Part shown: positions 8,133 through 16,712 of the stretch, one piece after another
Numbering within the stretch: position 1 is the first letter of the stretch
Layout: each line of letters opens with the position of its first letter
DNA from: an uncultured Gammaproteobacteria bacterium
Lineage (GTDB): Bacteria; Patescibacteriota; Microgenomatia; UBA8517
Direction: 5' to 3'
Assembly: GCA_965231135.1 (NCBI GenBank)
Contig: OZ246419.1
Span: forward strand, 733,865 to 797,864
Length of the DNA: 64,000 nt
Made by a program: the position numbers and the translations under genes
Notes under the pieces: model-generated
What the model was told of the DNA's origin: nothing
Databases searched by the model: none
What the model saw: the letters and a program-made list of their open reading frames with translations, nothing else

Positions 8133-9020
8133 CTATTTTATCAAAGAATTGAGATATTTTTCTAATTCTGGTAATTCAGGAGAGATACTGGGGTCAAGAG
8201 TTAATCCTGGTCCTCTATTTATTTCAAAAACATAAACTTTTCCTTTTTTATCAATACAAATATCGACTCCAGAAATGTTTAAATCGACAGATTTTGTTCC
8301 TTGTATAGAATAATTTATTAATTCTTTAGAAATATTATTTTTATCTATCCAACCAGCAGAAGATTCTTCATCGTTTACTGAAATTTTGTTTTCAATAATT
8401 TTTCTAGTAGATTCTTCATGAATTCCAACAACTTCATTTCCCATTACAACAATTCGATATTCCTTATCTATTTCAACTTTTTCCTGGAATAAAAATCCGT
8501 TACTTTCATCTTTTTTAAGAAGTTTTTCGAAGTCTGCAATTTCGTTAATTATAAAAAGTCCATTTCTTTTTTGGCTCCATAAATTTTTAGCATAAATTGG
8601 AAAAGCAAAAGATTTCATAATTTCATCTTTTGAATTAATTATTTCTTCTCTGGAAAAATAAAAAGTATTAGGAACTGGAATATTCCCATATGCAATTAGA
8701 AGAAGATTGTTTAGTTTATCTTTGGAGGCGCCTACTTTTTCAAATGTTTTATCGATAAAAGGAATATTATTTTTTAAACAAAAAGTGGCAATTGATCCTG
8801 CCAGTGGAATATAATTTCGGGTTTGACGAAAATAGACAAGATCAAATTCCAACAAGTTTAAATCTCCAACAAAACATTCGATTTTTGAATCTATTATCGA
8901 TATTGATATTTCTGATAATTTTTTTAAAATAAATTTGTTATTTGAATTTTTATTTAAGTAATCGGTAATTTGATTATGTCTTGAAGTTATTTTATTAACC
9001 AAAATCAATATTTTTTTCAT
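8133..9020 (-). CDS. ATP-grasp ligase, divergent RimK-like paralog
   Basis: FPIYAKN (ATP-binding Lys), FQEKVE, YRIVVMGNEVVG, ISGVDICIDKKGKVYVFEINRGPGL (E-x-N Mg site). It lacks the DFRxN..GG motif of its neighbours. Confidence 0.65.
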   Translation of the reverse strand: MKKILILVNKITSRHNQITDYLNKNSNNKFILKKLSEISISIIDSKIECFVGDLNLLEFDLVYFRQTRNYIPLAGSIATFCLKNNIPFIDKTFEKVGASKDKLNNLLLIAYGNIPVPNTFYFSREEIINSKDEIMKSFAFPIYAKNLWSQKRNGLFIINEIADFEKLLKKDESNGFLFQEKVEIDKEYRIVVMGNEVVGIHEESTRKIIENKISVNDEESSAGWIDKNNISKELINYSIQGTKSVDLNISGVDICIDKKGKVYVFEINRGPGLTLDPSISPELPELEKYLNSLIK

Positions 9021-9895
9021 AAACTGACAAAATATTTAATAATTTCTGAAGCGATATTTTTATTTGTATATTTTTCCAATCCTTTAAATTGCGGGCCTAC
9101 ATTTACTTCTAATAAATAAGGCTTACCGTCAATGCCTATCATAATATCAACTCCTGCAATTTCAATTCCTGTTATTTTTGCAGCTTTTTGGGCAATTTCT
9201 TTGATTTCTTTATTTTTTTCTAAATCAAATATTTCTCCAGTTGCCCCTTGGGAAATATTATTTCTGAAATCGCCTTCCGCAGACTTTCTTTTCATTGCAG
9301 CAACAGCTTTAAAACCAACTGTAAAAATTCTCACATCACCGTCATTTGGAATAAATTCACGAAGTAGATATGTCTTCATTGGATTTTTGATCATAATATC
9401 TTTTCCTTCCTGAAAATTATTTATTAAAAACACACCTTTTCCTTGATGCATCTCAGAAATTTTCATGATTGCAGGTAATTTAAAGTTTTTTAACATTAAT
9501 TCAAGATTTTCTTCCGAATAAATTGAATATGTTTTTGGAGAGCGAATTTTATTTTCAAACTGTTTTAAGTAAAACCAACTCTGGATCGGATAATAATTAA
9601 AATTTGGATTTGCAACAACACTGTTTACAATTTTTGTTTTGGTGTTTTTTAATAAAAACTGGCATGCAACGAACCACTCGAGGCGCATTTTCGACTCGAC
9701 TCCGGCACAAAGATAAATCAAATCAAAATCAGAAAGAGATTTGCCGTTTATTGTAGGATTAAAAACTTCACCGTTAGTTTCTATAATTAAATCTTTTGAA
9801 TGACATCCTGTTACTTGATGGCCTAATTTTTGTGCTTCTTCCTGAAATCTAGTTATTTGACTTCCTTTAATTAAACCTACAATTAGAATTTTCAT
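9017..9895 (-). CDS. RimK-like ATP-grasp (alpha-L-glutamate ligase family)
   Basis: PAIMKISEMHQGKGVFLI, DVRIFTVGFKAVAAMKRKSAEGDFRNNISQGATGE, GVDIMIGIDGKPYLLEVNVGP. Confidence 0.75.
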   Translation of the reverse strand: MKILIVGLIKGSQITRFQEEAQKLGHQVTGCHSKDLIIETNGEVFNPTINGKSLSDFDLIYLCAGVESKMRLEWFVACQFLLKNTKTKIVNSVVANPNFNYYPIQSWFYLKQFENKIRSPKTYSIYSEENLELMLKNFKLPAIMKISEMHQGKGVFLINNFQEGKDIMIKNPMKTYLLREFIPNDGDVRIFTVGFKAVAAMKRKSAEGDFRNNISQGATGEIFDLEKNKEIKEIAQKAAKITGIEIAGVDIMIGIDGKPYLLEVNVGPQFKGLEKYTNKNIASEIIKYFVSL

Positions 9896-9898
9896 AAG

Positions 9899-10768
9899 TT
9901 AGCGGGCGTTTTTAATTGCATAATTTAAATATATTTTGGTTATATTTTCTCCAGTTGCCTTTTCCATTCCAACCATCCCAGGAGTGTGATTGACCTCCAA
10001 AATATAGTTTTTATTGTCTTTATCTATTAATACATCAACTCCCGCTACTTCAAGGCCAATTGCATCCATTGCATCTTTTGCTAGTTTCTTTAATTCAGGA
10101 GTTAGAGGGAACAGCTCAACAGAGCCGCCCAAGGAAAAGTTTGCTCTAAAATCCCCTGCTCTTGGAATTCTTCTCATACAATACATTTTTTCTCCAATTA
10201 CTAAAATTCTTAAATCGTATTTATAGTCAATAAAACCTTGAACAAGAATATTTTTTGCAGGATAATTTTCGCGGTCAAATTTATTTATAAAATTTACAAA
10301 TTCGCTATTGTCTTTTACAAGCCACACCTTTCCACCTTTGCCAGCTCTTGAGGATTTCATAACAAGCGGAAAACCCAATTTATCACCCAATCTATATAAA
10401 TCTTTGTATTCGCGAGTACTGAATGTGTCTGGGACAGGAATTTTATGAAGTATTAATTTCAAAATATCATATGACTTATTCATTGAGTATTTTTGAGCAA
10501 AAAGATTATTGTCAAATATTTTTGCTCTTCTATAGCCAAGATAGTCTTTTAAAGATTCAAGAGATTTCATTGTAGAGAATAGCCCGCGAATAATTACAAG
10601 ATCTGAATCCGGAATTTCCGGACTAAAGGAAAATTCGTGACCTTTTTTAAAAAATTTGAAAGAACTAAAATCGATTAATTTAAATTCGTGACCAAGAGCA
10701 AGCGATTCTTCTTTGATCCTTCTTACTTCATCCAAACTTGCCGCTGATGTAATTAAAGTTATTTTCAT
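9899..10768 (-). CDS. RimK-like ATP-grasp (alpha-L-glutamate ligase family)
   Basis: FPLVMKSSRAGKGGKVWLV, DLRILVIGEKMYCMRRIPRAGDFRANFSLGGSVE, GVDVLIDKDNKNYILEVNHTPG. Confidence 0.75.
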   Translation of the reverse strand: MKITLITSAASLDEVRRIKEESLALGHEFKLIDFSSFKFFKKGHEFSFSPEIPDSDLVIIRGLFSTMKSLESLKDYLGYRRAKIFDNNLFAQKYSMNKSYDILKLILHKIPVPDTFSTREYKDLYRLGDKLGFPLVMKSSRAGKGGKVWLVKDNSEFVNFINKFDRENYPAKNILVQGFIDYKYDLRILVIGEKMYCMRRIPRAGDFRANFSLGGSVELFPLTPELKKLAKDAMDAIGLEVAGVDVLIDKDNKNYILEVNHTPGMVGMEKATGENITKIYLNYAIKNAR

Positions 10769-12057
10769 CTTTTTTCAATCCATGGTTTTACTAAAAAGCC
10801 CTGCAGATCTGTTCTACCAATTAAAACTTTAAAAGTCAATTTGCTGCGATCGGAAACCCCCATTGTTGTTTTTATTCTTTTTCCTGCCAATCTTAATGAT
10901 ACATTAATAACAGGCCAATTGTTTTCTCCTAAAGCACTTAATTTTCTTCGATAAAATAAGATTTTTTCTTTCTCTAAAAGTCCTAATTTTTTGGCAAATT
11001 CTCTGTCAATTGAACTACTCCATGCTCCAGTATCTACTTTCGCTAAAACTTTAATCCAGTGGCCATTTGCATCTCTTACTTTAATTTCCTCAGACGCCCC
11101 AATCGTTAAAATACCATCTTTTGCGGCAACGCGATCTGCAAACCTTTCAGCAAAAAGAGCTTTGGCTATATTTACACCATGCTTTTCGTCGCGAACATCC
11201 AAATCTTCTACTCTATCTAATCTTTTTTTGAGGCCTGCCATATTGGCTAACTGAATTTGAAGACCAGGCCGGGCGTTTAATTCCAAAACCATTGGGCCTT
11301 TTTCAGGATCAATAACCATATCAACTCCTGCAAAGCCTAATCCTGAAACAATTGCAGTTTTTACAGCTATTTCCAAAACTTTTGTCCAGTCGGGAATTTT
11401 TATTCCGTGAAGCTTGTGATTTGTTTCCGGTTTAAATTTTATTAATTCTCCATGCCAAATTGCTTTTGTAGTAATTCCTGTTGCTATATCAACTCCTACT
11501 CCAATTGCTCCTTGGTGAAGATTTGCATGACCCCCAGACTCTTTTGTGGGAAGACGGAGCATTGCCATTACAGGAATTTTATTAAAGACAATTACGCGAA
11601 TATCAGGAGTTCCGCGATATGAAAATCTTCTGAAACTTTTATTTCTTCCGACATATTCCTGAACAAAAGCAACATCAGGCTCGTTTTTTAAACTATATGC
11701 GCCCTCTAAAATATCAAGCGTATGAAGTTTTAAATCCGCATCTGTAATTTCTTCACGCTGAGTTGTAAGCCAAACGTCTGGCTTTATTCTTTTTTTAACA
11801 ACAATAATTCCCTCACCTCCAAAGCCGCGGCTGGGCTTTAATGCAAAACTATCTGGAAGAGTTTTCCAATCGAAATCAAAAACTTCCTTTGCATCACGAA
11901 ATTTTTTGTAAACATCCGGGGTCGGAATATCTGCTTTTTTAAGAGTCTTTGCCATTTGCAGTTTTGAGTCAGCAATTCTTCTCGCTTTTGGTGAATTAAG
12001 CGGAGTTAAATATAATTGAGAACGGGCATTTAGCCCTAAAATTGATGAGACTTTCAT
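10765..12057 (-). CDS. Fusion protein: alpha-L-glutamate-ligase-related ATP-grasp (TIGR02291-like) N-terminal domain plus a C-terminal retropepsin-like aspartic protease domain (the so-called ATP-dependent zinc protease family)
   Basis: N-terminus ILGLNARSQLYLTPLNSPKARRIADSKL... and GGHANLHQGAIG match the RimK-related E-ligase family; C-terminus WIKVLAKVDTGAWSSSID carries a DTGA aspartyl-protease motif (nt ~11023-11034). Confidence 0.7.
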   Translation of the reverse strand: MKVSSILGLNARSQLYLTPLNSPKARRIADSKLQMAKTLKKADIPTPDVYKKFRDAKEVFDFDWKTLPDSFALKPSRGFGGEGIIVVKKRIKPDVWLTTQREEITDADLKLHTLDILEGAYSLKNEPDVAFVQEYVGRNKSFRRFSYRGTPDIRVIVFNKIPVMAMLRLPTKESGGHANLHQGAIGVGVDIATGITTKAIWHGELIKFKPETNHKLHGIKIPDWTKVLEIAVKTAIVSGLGFAGVDMVIDPEKGPMVLELNARPGLQIQLANMAGLKKRLDRVEDLDVRDEKHGVNIAKALFAERFADRVAAKDGILTIGASEEIKVRDANGHWIKVLAKVDTGAWSSSIDREFAKKLGLLEKEKILFYRRKLSALGENNWPVINVSLRLAGKRIKTTMGVSDRSKLTFKVLIGRTDLQGFLVKPWIEKR

Positions 12058-12866
12058 TAGCTTCTGATTAATTTTCTAAATCTCCAGAATTCTATAAAAC
12101 GAAGACCGACATATTTTCCTAAAATAAAATCAAAAATTGCAACACCTACAAGAAGAATTTCCGGATTTAGAATTGCAAATCTTTCAAAAGGGGCAAAAGA
12201 TAAAATTAAAAAACTTACAAAAGCCAAAATCAAAGTTTCTGTAGTTAAATTGATAGCTGTTTTGACTGACTTTCCAAGCTGAACTCTTATAAAATCTTCT
12301 GCAAGCAAAATCAAAATAAAAAGAGGCAAAACGGAGATATTCTCAAAATCAATGCCTCCAAAAACTGGAGCTAAAAATAAAACAAGAAGCACACAAACAA
12401 CAACTCCCCATAGAATAAAAGACATACGAGGAAGATACTGAAGATGAATTTTTAATTTGCGAAGAGCAAAACGAACAATACTTGCGATACCAATTATTAA
12501 TAAAAATAAACCAATTCCAAAAAGAGGGCCAATAGTTACGAACACAACCGATAAAGCTGCTGGTAAGAAAATTCCAAAGGAACGAACTCCAAGAAGATGT
12601 CTAACACCAGCAATAAAAGCGGTGACAACAGTTAATAATAGAAGAAGAGAAACTGTTTTTGCCGAAACTCCGCTTACAACAGCGCCGTGAATTACATATT
12701 TAATTGGATTAAGCCAAACATTACCAAGCTGCTGACTTTTTAGAACGGAATCAAGATTAACATTTTGCGATTGAAAGGATTGAATTGCAGGAAAATCAAA
12801 AACAAAAAGGCCCAAAAGGAAACCAAGAAAAGTTGCTGCAACAAGAATTAGCAGGAAATTCTTCAT
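12057..12866 (-). CDS. Polytopic (about 7-9 TM) membrane protein, 7TM-transglutaminase-associated type without the transglutaminase domain
   Basis: 269 aa, almost entirely hydrophobic helices; an acidic LLAEDFIRV segment inside the membrane region; its start ATG at 12057 is shared with the stop of the downstream ligase gene. Confidence 0.55.
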   Translation of the reverse strand: MKNFLLILVAATFLGFLLGLFVFDFPAIQSFQSQNVNLDSVLKSQQLGNVWLNPIKYVIHGAVVSGVSAKTVSLLLLLTVVTAFIAGVRHLLGVRSFGIFLPAALSVVFVTIGPLFGIGLFLLIIGIASIVRFALRKLKIHLQYLPRMSFILWGVVVCVLLVLFLAPVFGGIDFENISVLPLFILILLAEDFIRVQLGKSVKTAINLTTETLILAFVSFLILSFAPFERFAILNPEILLVGVAIFDFILGKYVGLRFIEFWRFRKLIRS

Positions 12867-12878
12867 GCATATATTATA

Positions 12879-13094
12879 CTATTCTTTATTTGTCATTCCT
12901 AGCATCCAGAGGACTGCTTCTTTTTTATAGCGACGATCACCGCGAGAATTTATTCGGATTGGTGTTAATTTGCCGCGTTTTCCCCATCTTTTGATGGTTA
13001 AAACTGAAACTCTTAGTAGATCTGCAACTTCTCTTACTGTTAAAAGATCTGGAAGGTCTTCTAACTTGATTTTCTTCTTTGTAGTTTGATCCAT
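12879..13094 (-). CDS. Small HTH DNA-binding protein (excisionase / MerR-type HTH_17-like)
   Basis: LTVREVADLLRVSVLTIKRWGKRGKLTPIRINSRGDRRYKKEAV helix-turn-helix pattern; first gene of the ATP-grasp operon. Confidence 0.7.
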   Translation of the reverse strand: MDQTTKKKIKLEDLPDLLTVREVADLLRVSVLTIKRWGKRGKLTPIRINSRGDRRYKKEAVLWMLGMTNKE

Positions 13095-13112
13095 TTTTAT
13101 AGTATTCCCTGC

Positions 13113-13128
13113 CTAAGTATTATCTTAG
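13113..13128. promoter_or_regulatory. Inverted repeat ctaag-N6-cttag in the promoter region of the HTH gene (candidate operator)
   Basis: ctaagtattatcttag; a third ctaag half-site lies at 13144-13148. Confidence 0.3.
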
Positions 13129-13165
13129 TTAATCAGACTATAACTAAGGAGTGCAAGGACTGTCA

Positions 13166-13870
13166 ATGGGCAAATTTAATTGTTACAATCAATTTATGTT
13201 GCAATTTTTACAAAAACACAAGAAAGCAATTATTATTGTGGCTATTTTAATATTCACAACTATTTCTATTTGGTATTTGAACAGGCATCATGTGTTTAAT
13301 CGAAGAGAATTGCGAGAGTTGCAAAATAATATCAAATCTTATGGAAGCTTTTCTGCAGTGGCAATTATTGTTTTAGTTCTAATTAGTACACTTGTTCCTC
13401 CCCTTCCCATACCAGTACCGCTTGTGGAAATTGTTTGCGGACTGATTTTTGGTTTTATTCCCGGAATGATTATTAATTATTTGGCACAAATTATTTCTTC
13501 TTCAATTGCCTTTTATTTAGCGAGAATTTTAGGAAGAAAGTTTTTTAGAAAAATTTTGGATAACAAGATTTTCACGTCTTATAAAAAATATATTAACAAA
13601 AACGGCTCCGTGGCAGTTCTGACATTGCGGGCAACAATTGGTGCACCATTTAATATGGTGAGTTTTTTAGCTGGGCTCACTGAAATGAACTTCAAGAGTT
13701 TTCTAATTGCTACTCTACTCGGTTGCATCCCAGAAGTAATACTTTTTACTTTTATAGGAAATGCGTTACAAACATCTAGATTTAGAATCTCTTACGTATT
13801 TTTGTTTGTAATACTACTAGGAGGAGTTGGAATGCTTACAACTCTCTGGGTGTTAAGACGTAAAAAATAA
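13166..13870 (+). CDS. TVP38/TMEM64 (DedA/SNARE-associated) family membrane protein
   Basis: Multi-TM with ...AVLTLRATIGAPFNMVSFLAGLT... typical of DedA proteins; ATG at 13166 or 13196. Confidence 0.65.
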   Translation: MGKFNCYNQFMLQFLQKHKKAIIIVAILIFTTISIWYLNRHHVFNRRELRELQNNIKSYGSFSAVAIIVLVLISTLVPPLPIPVPLVEIVCGLIFGFIPGMIINYLAQIISSSIAFYLARILGRKFFRKILDNKIFTSYKKYINKNGSVAVLTLRATIGAPFNMVSFLAGLTEMNFKSFLIATLLGCIPEVILFTFIGNALQTSRFRISYVFLFVILLGGVGMLTTLWVLRRKK

Positions 13871-14112
13871 TTTTCCTTATATCTGGAATAAACTAAATAC
13901 ATCTGACGTATATTATATTTTTCTTTAAGCAAAGATAAATTTGCCTCTTGTATCAAGTTTTCCAGATACAGGAACTTTTTCGCGTTATGTCTTTATACCG
14001 GTAGAGCAGCCTTTCTTTTTCCCCTCATATAACAGTATGATTATATTTAATTTTGTTTGTCAAGGGTATAAATAATCTTATCTTAATCTTATCAAAAATG
14101 ACTTTTTTGTAT

Positions 14113-14141
14113 TTGACAGAGAAAAAAGTAAAGATAATAAT
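14113..14141 (+). promoter_or_regulatory. Sigma70-like promoter (TTGACA-17-AATAAT) placing the transcription start within a few nt of the Fic-like gene's ATG (leaderless)
   Basis: ttgaca at 14113-14118, 17-nt spacer, aataat at 14136-14141, ATG at 14148; no SD. Confidence 0.4.
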
Positions 14142-14147
14142 TAATTA

Positions 14148-14984
14148 ATGATATTGTCTTATGCAATAACTGACAATTTAAAAGGTTATTTAAAAACAAT
14201 TCATGATTTGCGCGTTAAAATACTTATTTATCCCCTGCCAGTAAACGATGAAATAATTCTTAGATGGAAAACCGCAGAAGCTCGAGGCGACAAAGAGATA
14301 TTTGATTATATAAAACAAAATTGGTATGTAACTGCAAAAAATATTGATATTGTCACCGTTAAAAAAGTATACGAACTTGTTTCCGAAAAAAGATTCGGTC
14401 CAACATCGGGCATGATAGAATTCACAGAAAAGAAGCTAAATGAATTTTTAAAGTATTTTGAAAGTTCAAACGATCATCCGGTTATTCAGGCAGCACTCAT
14501 ACAAGCTGAAATTATTAATCTTAACCCTTTTGGGGATGTCAGCGAGAAAGTGGCAAGAATGATGTCTTATTTCATGCTTTATAAATACGGTTATGACATA
14601 CGCGGTTTAGTTAATATAGAGGATTTTTACAATGCAGATCTAGTCACATACAGAAAATTTCTGAGAATGTCACAAAACAACAGGACTGCATTTTTGGAAT
14701 ATTTTGCATATGCTTTAATGAAATCTTTAGAGAAAAAATATGACGAAACTAAAAAGATGACCGATAACATTAATAGTTTTCATGACTTTTGGAGGCTAAG
14801 TGTAAGACAGCAGAAAATACTGGAACTTTTCGAAGAGCCAAATAAAAGATTGAGGAATAAAGAGATACAAAAAATCTTCAAAATCTCACAAGTTACGGCT
14901 TCGCGCGATATGGCAAGATTATATAAATTGGGACTTCTTTTGGCTCATGGAAAAGGAAGAGGTGTTTTTTATACGAAAGCTTAG
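14148..14984 (+). CDS. Fic-family protein with a degenerate Fic motif and a C-terminal winged-helix domain
   Basis: NPFGDVSEKVAR occupies the HPFx[DE]GNGRxxR position with H, G, N and G substituted; C-terminus ISQVTASRDMARLYKLGLLLAHGKGRGVFY is wHTH-like. Confidence 0.55.
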   Translation: MILSYAITDNLKGYLKTIHDLRVKILIYPLPVNDEIILRWKTAEARGDKEIFDYIKQNWYVTAKNIDIVTVKKVYELVSEKRFGPTSGMIEFTEKKLNEFLKYFESSNDHPVIQAALIQAEIINLNPFGDVSEKVARMMSYFMLYKYGYDIRGLVNIEDFYNADLVTYRKFLRMSQNNRTAFLEYFAYALMKSLEKKYDETKKMTDNINSFHDFWRLSVRQQKILELFEEPNKRLRNKEIQKIFKISQVTASRDMARLYKLGLLLAHGKGRGVFYTKA

Positions 14985-14988
14985 CAGT

Positions 14989-16227
14989 TTATGCAACGCG
15001 GTCTTTGAGTGCCTTATAATATTTAACTAAATATTCTTGGGCAAGATCCCAGTTGCCGACTTGTCTTTGGTTTTCAGCTAATACACGCAGATGTGCAGCT
15101 TTTTTGGCCTGAAATTCCGAAATGCGATATGTTTCTGCCAATAAATCAGTTTGTGCTTCTTCATCTGCTTTATTCTGCCAGGATTTTATTTCAAGAGATG
15201 CAACAATTGTTGGCTCAAAAGCTAATTTGACTTCATCTTTTATGAGTTTATAGAATTTTGCTAATTTAATTCCTGCCTTTTTCCAATCTTTTTGATCTCC
15301 TTCTGCAACTGCTCCGATCATGTAAATTGCTGCTTCTTTTGCAAGCTTAGTTGATAATCCAAATTGTTCTTTAATATGTTCATAAGCATATTCACTAAAC
15401 TTTTTTCCTTCTGGAATATTTTTTAATCTCCACCAATTGATTTCGAATTTGGCTGCAACTTCAGGACGAAATCTTAAATGATCTTCTTTATCGTTCCCCC
15501 CAAACCTTCTTCGACGCCTTGAATAATCTAAAATTGCATCGCGAAGTTTTTCTGGAGTAAAGTCTGGCAAATGATCTGCTTCCCAATAAGTTTCTGCATA
15601 TGCGGATTGCCACAAAAGCAAACCGCTTGTTCTTTGTTCTCCTGAAGTTCTAATTAATAGATCAACGTAAGGATAGGGCTGTCCTTTTGTATCTAAGTAT
15701 TTTTCAAATGTTTCTTTAGATATATCTTCAGGTTTGAGATTATCTTTAATCATATTTTGGGTTGCACGAATAATGTCATCATATCCTCCATGATCAAGAG
15801 CTATATTGCCAATAAAAGTTTTGTTATCTTTGGTTATTTCTTCCGCCTGCACTATTTTTTTAACTAAAGGCTTTGGTAAACGGTCTTTTCTTCCTAAATG
15901 AATTATTCTAACGTCTTCCTCCATTGCTTCTTTTAAATATTGGTCTATCAATCTTTCATAAAGCTTCATTAAATAAGCAATTTCTTTTGGAGTGCGATCC
16001 CAATTTTCTGTTGAAAAACCCCAAATAGTAAAAGTGTGAACTCCCAGCTGGCGCGAAGCTCGAGCAAGCTTTAAAACAGTATCAAAACCTTTTTTATGAC
16101 CTTCAAGAGTGTACAATCCCCGAGCGCGAGCCCAGCGACGATTGCCGTCTGGAACAATGGCAATGTGGTTTGGAACTAAAGTTCCTTTTGGGAGATTGAT
16201 TCTTGAATCAGCCATCTTCTTGGGCAT
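14989..16227 (-). CDS. uppS: Undecaprenyl-diphosphate synthase (cis-isoprenyl transferase) with a roughly 190-aa C-terminal extension
   Basis: HIAIVPDGNRRWA and DLLIRTSGEQRTSGLLLWQSAY signatures; start taken at MPKKMADSR (16227) to avoid overlapping the divergent NUDIX gene. Confidence 0.85.
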   Translation of the reverse strand: MPKKMADSRINLPKGTLVPNHIAIVPDGNRRWARARGLYTLEGHKKGFDTVLKLARASRQLGVHTFTIWGFSTENWDRTPKEIAYLMKLYERLIDQYLKEAMEEDVRIIHLGRKDRLPKPLVKKIVQAEEITKDNKTFIGNIALDHGGYDDIIRATQNMIKDNLKPEDISKETFEKYLDTKGQPYPYVDLLIRTSGEQRTSGLLLWQSAYAETYWEADHLPDFTPEKLRDAILDYSRRRRRFGGNDKEDHLRFRPEVAAKFEINWWRLKNIPEGKKFSEYAYEHIKEQFGLSTKLAKEAAIYMIGAVAEGDQKDWKKAGIKLAKFYKLIKDEVKLAFEPTIVASLEIKSWQNKADEEAQTDLLAETYRISEFQAKKAAHLRVLAENQRQVGNWDLAQEYLVKYYKALKDRVA

Positions 16228-16269
16228 GGAAATAATTATATCACAGCATGTCCATGTTATAATTTTAAA

Positions 16270-16710
16270 ATGCAACTTTTAGCTGGTGTTGCCATATTTA
16301 AAAATAATAAGGTTTTACTCTTAAAAAACGTAGGCGGCGGCGATCAAAATGATAAATGGGGTCCACCAGCTGGACACGGTGAAGCAAACGAAACAACAGA
16401 AGAAACAGCTATTCGTGAAGCTAAAGAAGAAACAAATCTAGATGTGGAACTTTTAGGAATTATACAAGTTGGATATTTTAACTATCATGCAAAAGATTAT
16501 TTATATGTTTTTTATTTAGCTAAAGCCAAAGATTTATCCAAAATAAATCTACAGAAAGAAGAGGTATCTGAATACATTTGGGCAAGTAAACAAGATTTAT
16601 TGAAAAATAAATATGAGTTTAGAAAAGAGTTTTTAAAAGAACCAATTTTACTTTCATTCGAACAAAAACCTTCGAAAAACAATTTATTTAAAATATATAC
16701 TGTAAAATAG
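16270..16710 (+). CDS. NUDIX hydrolase
   Basis: Nudix box GPPAGHGEANETTEETAIREAKEETNL (GX5EX7REUXEEXGU). Confidence 0.8.
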   Translation: MQLLAGVAIFKNNKVLLLKNVGGGDQNDKWGPPAGHGEANETTEETAIREAKEETNLDVELLGIIQVGYFNYHAKDYLYVFYLAKAKDLSKINLQKEEVSEYIWASKQDLLKNKYEFRKEFLKEPILLSFEQKPSKNNLFKIYTVK

Positions 16711-16712
16711 TT

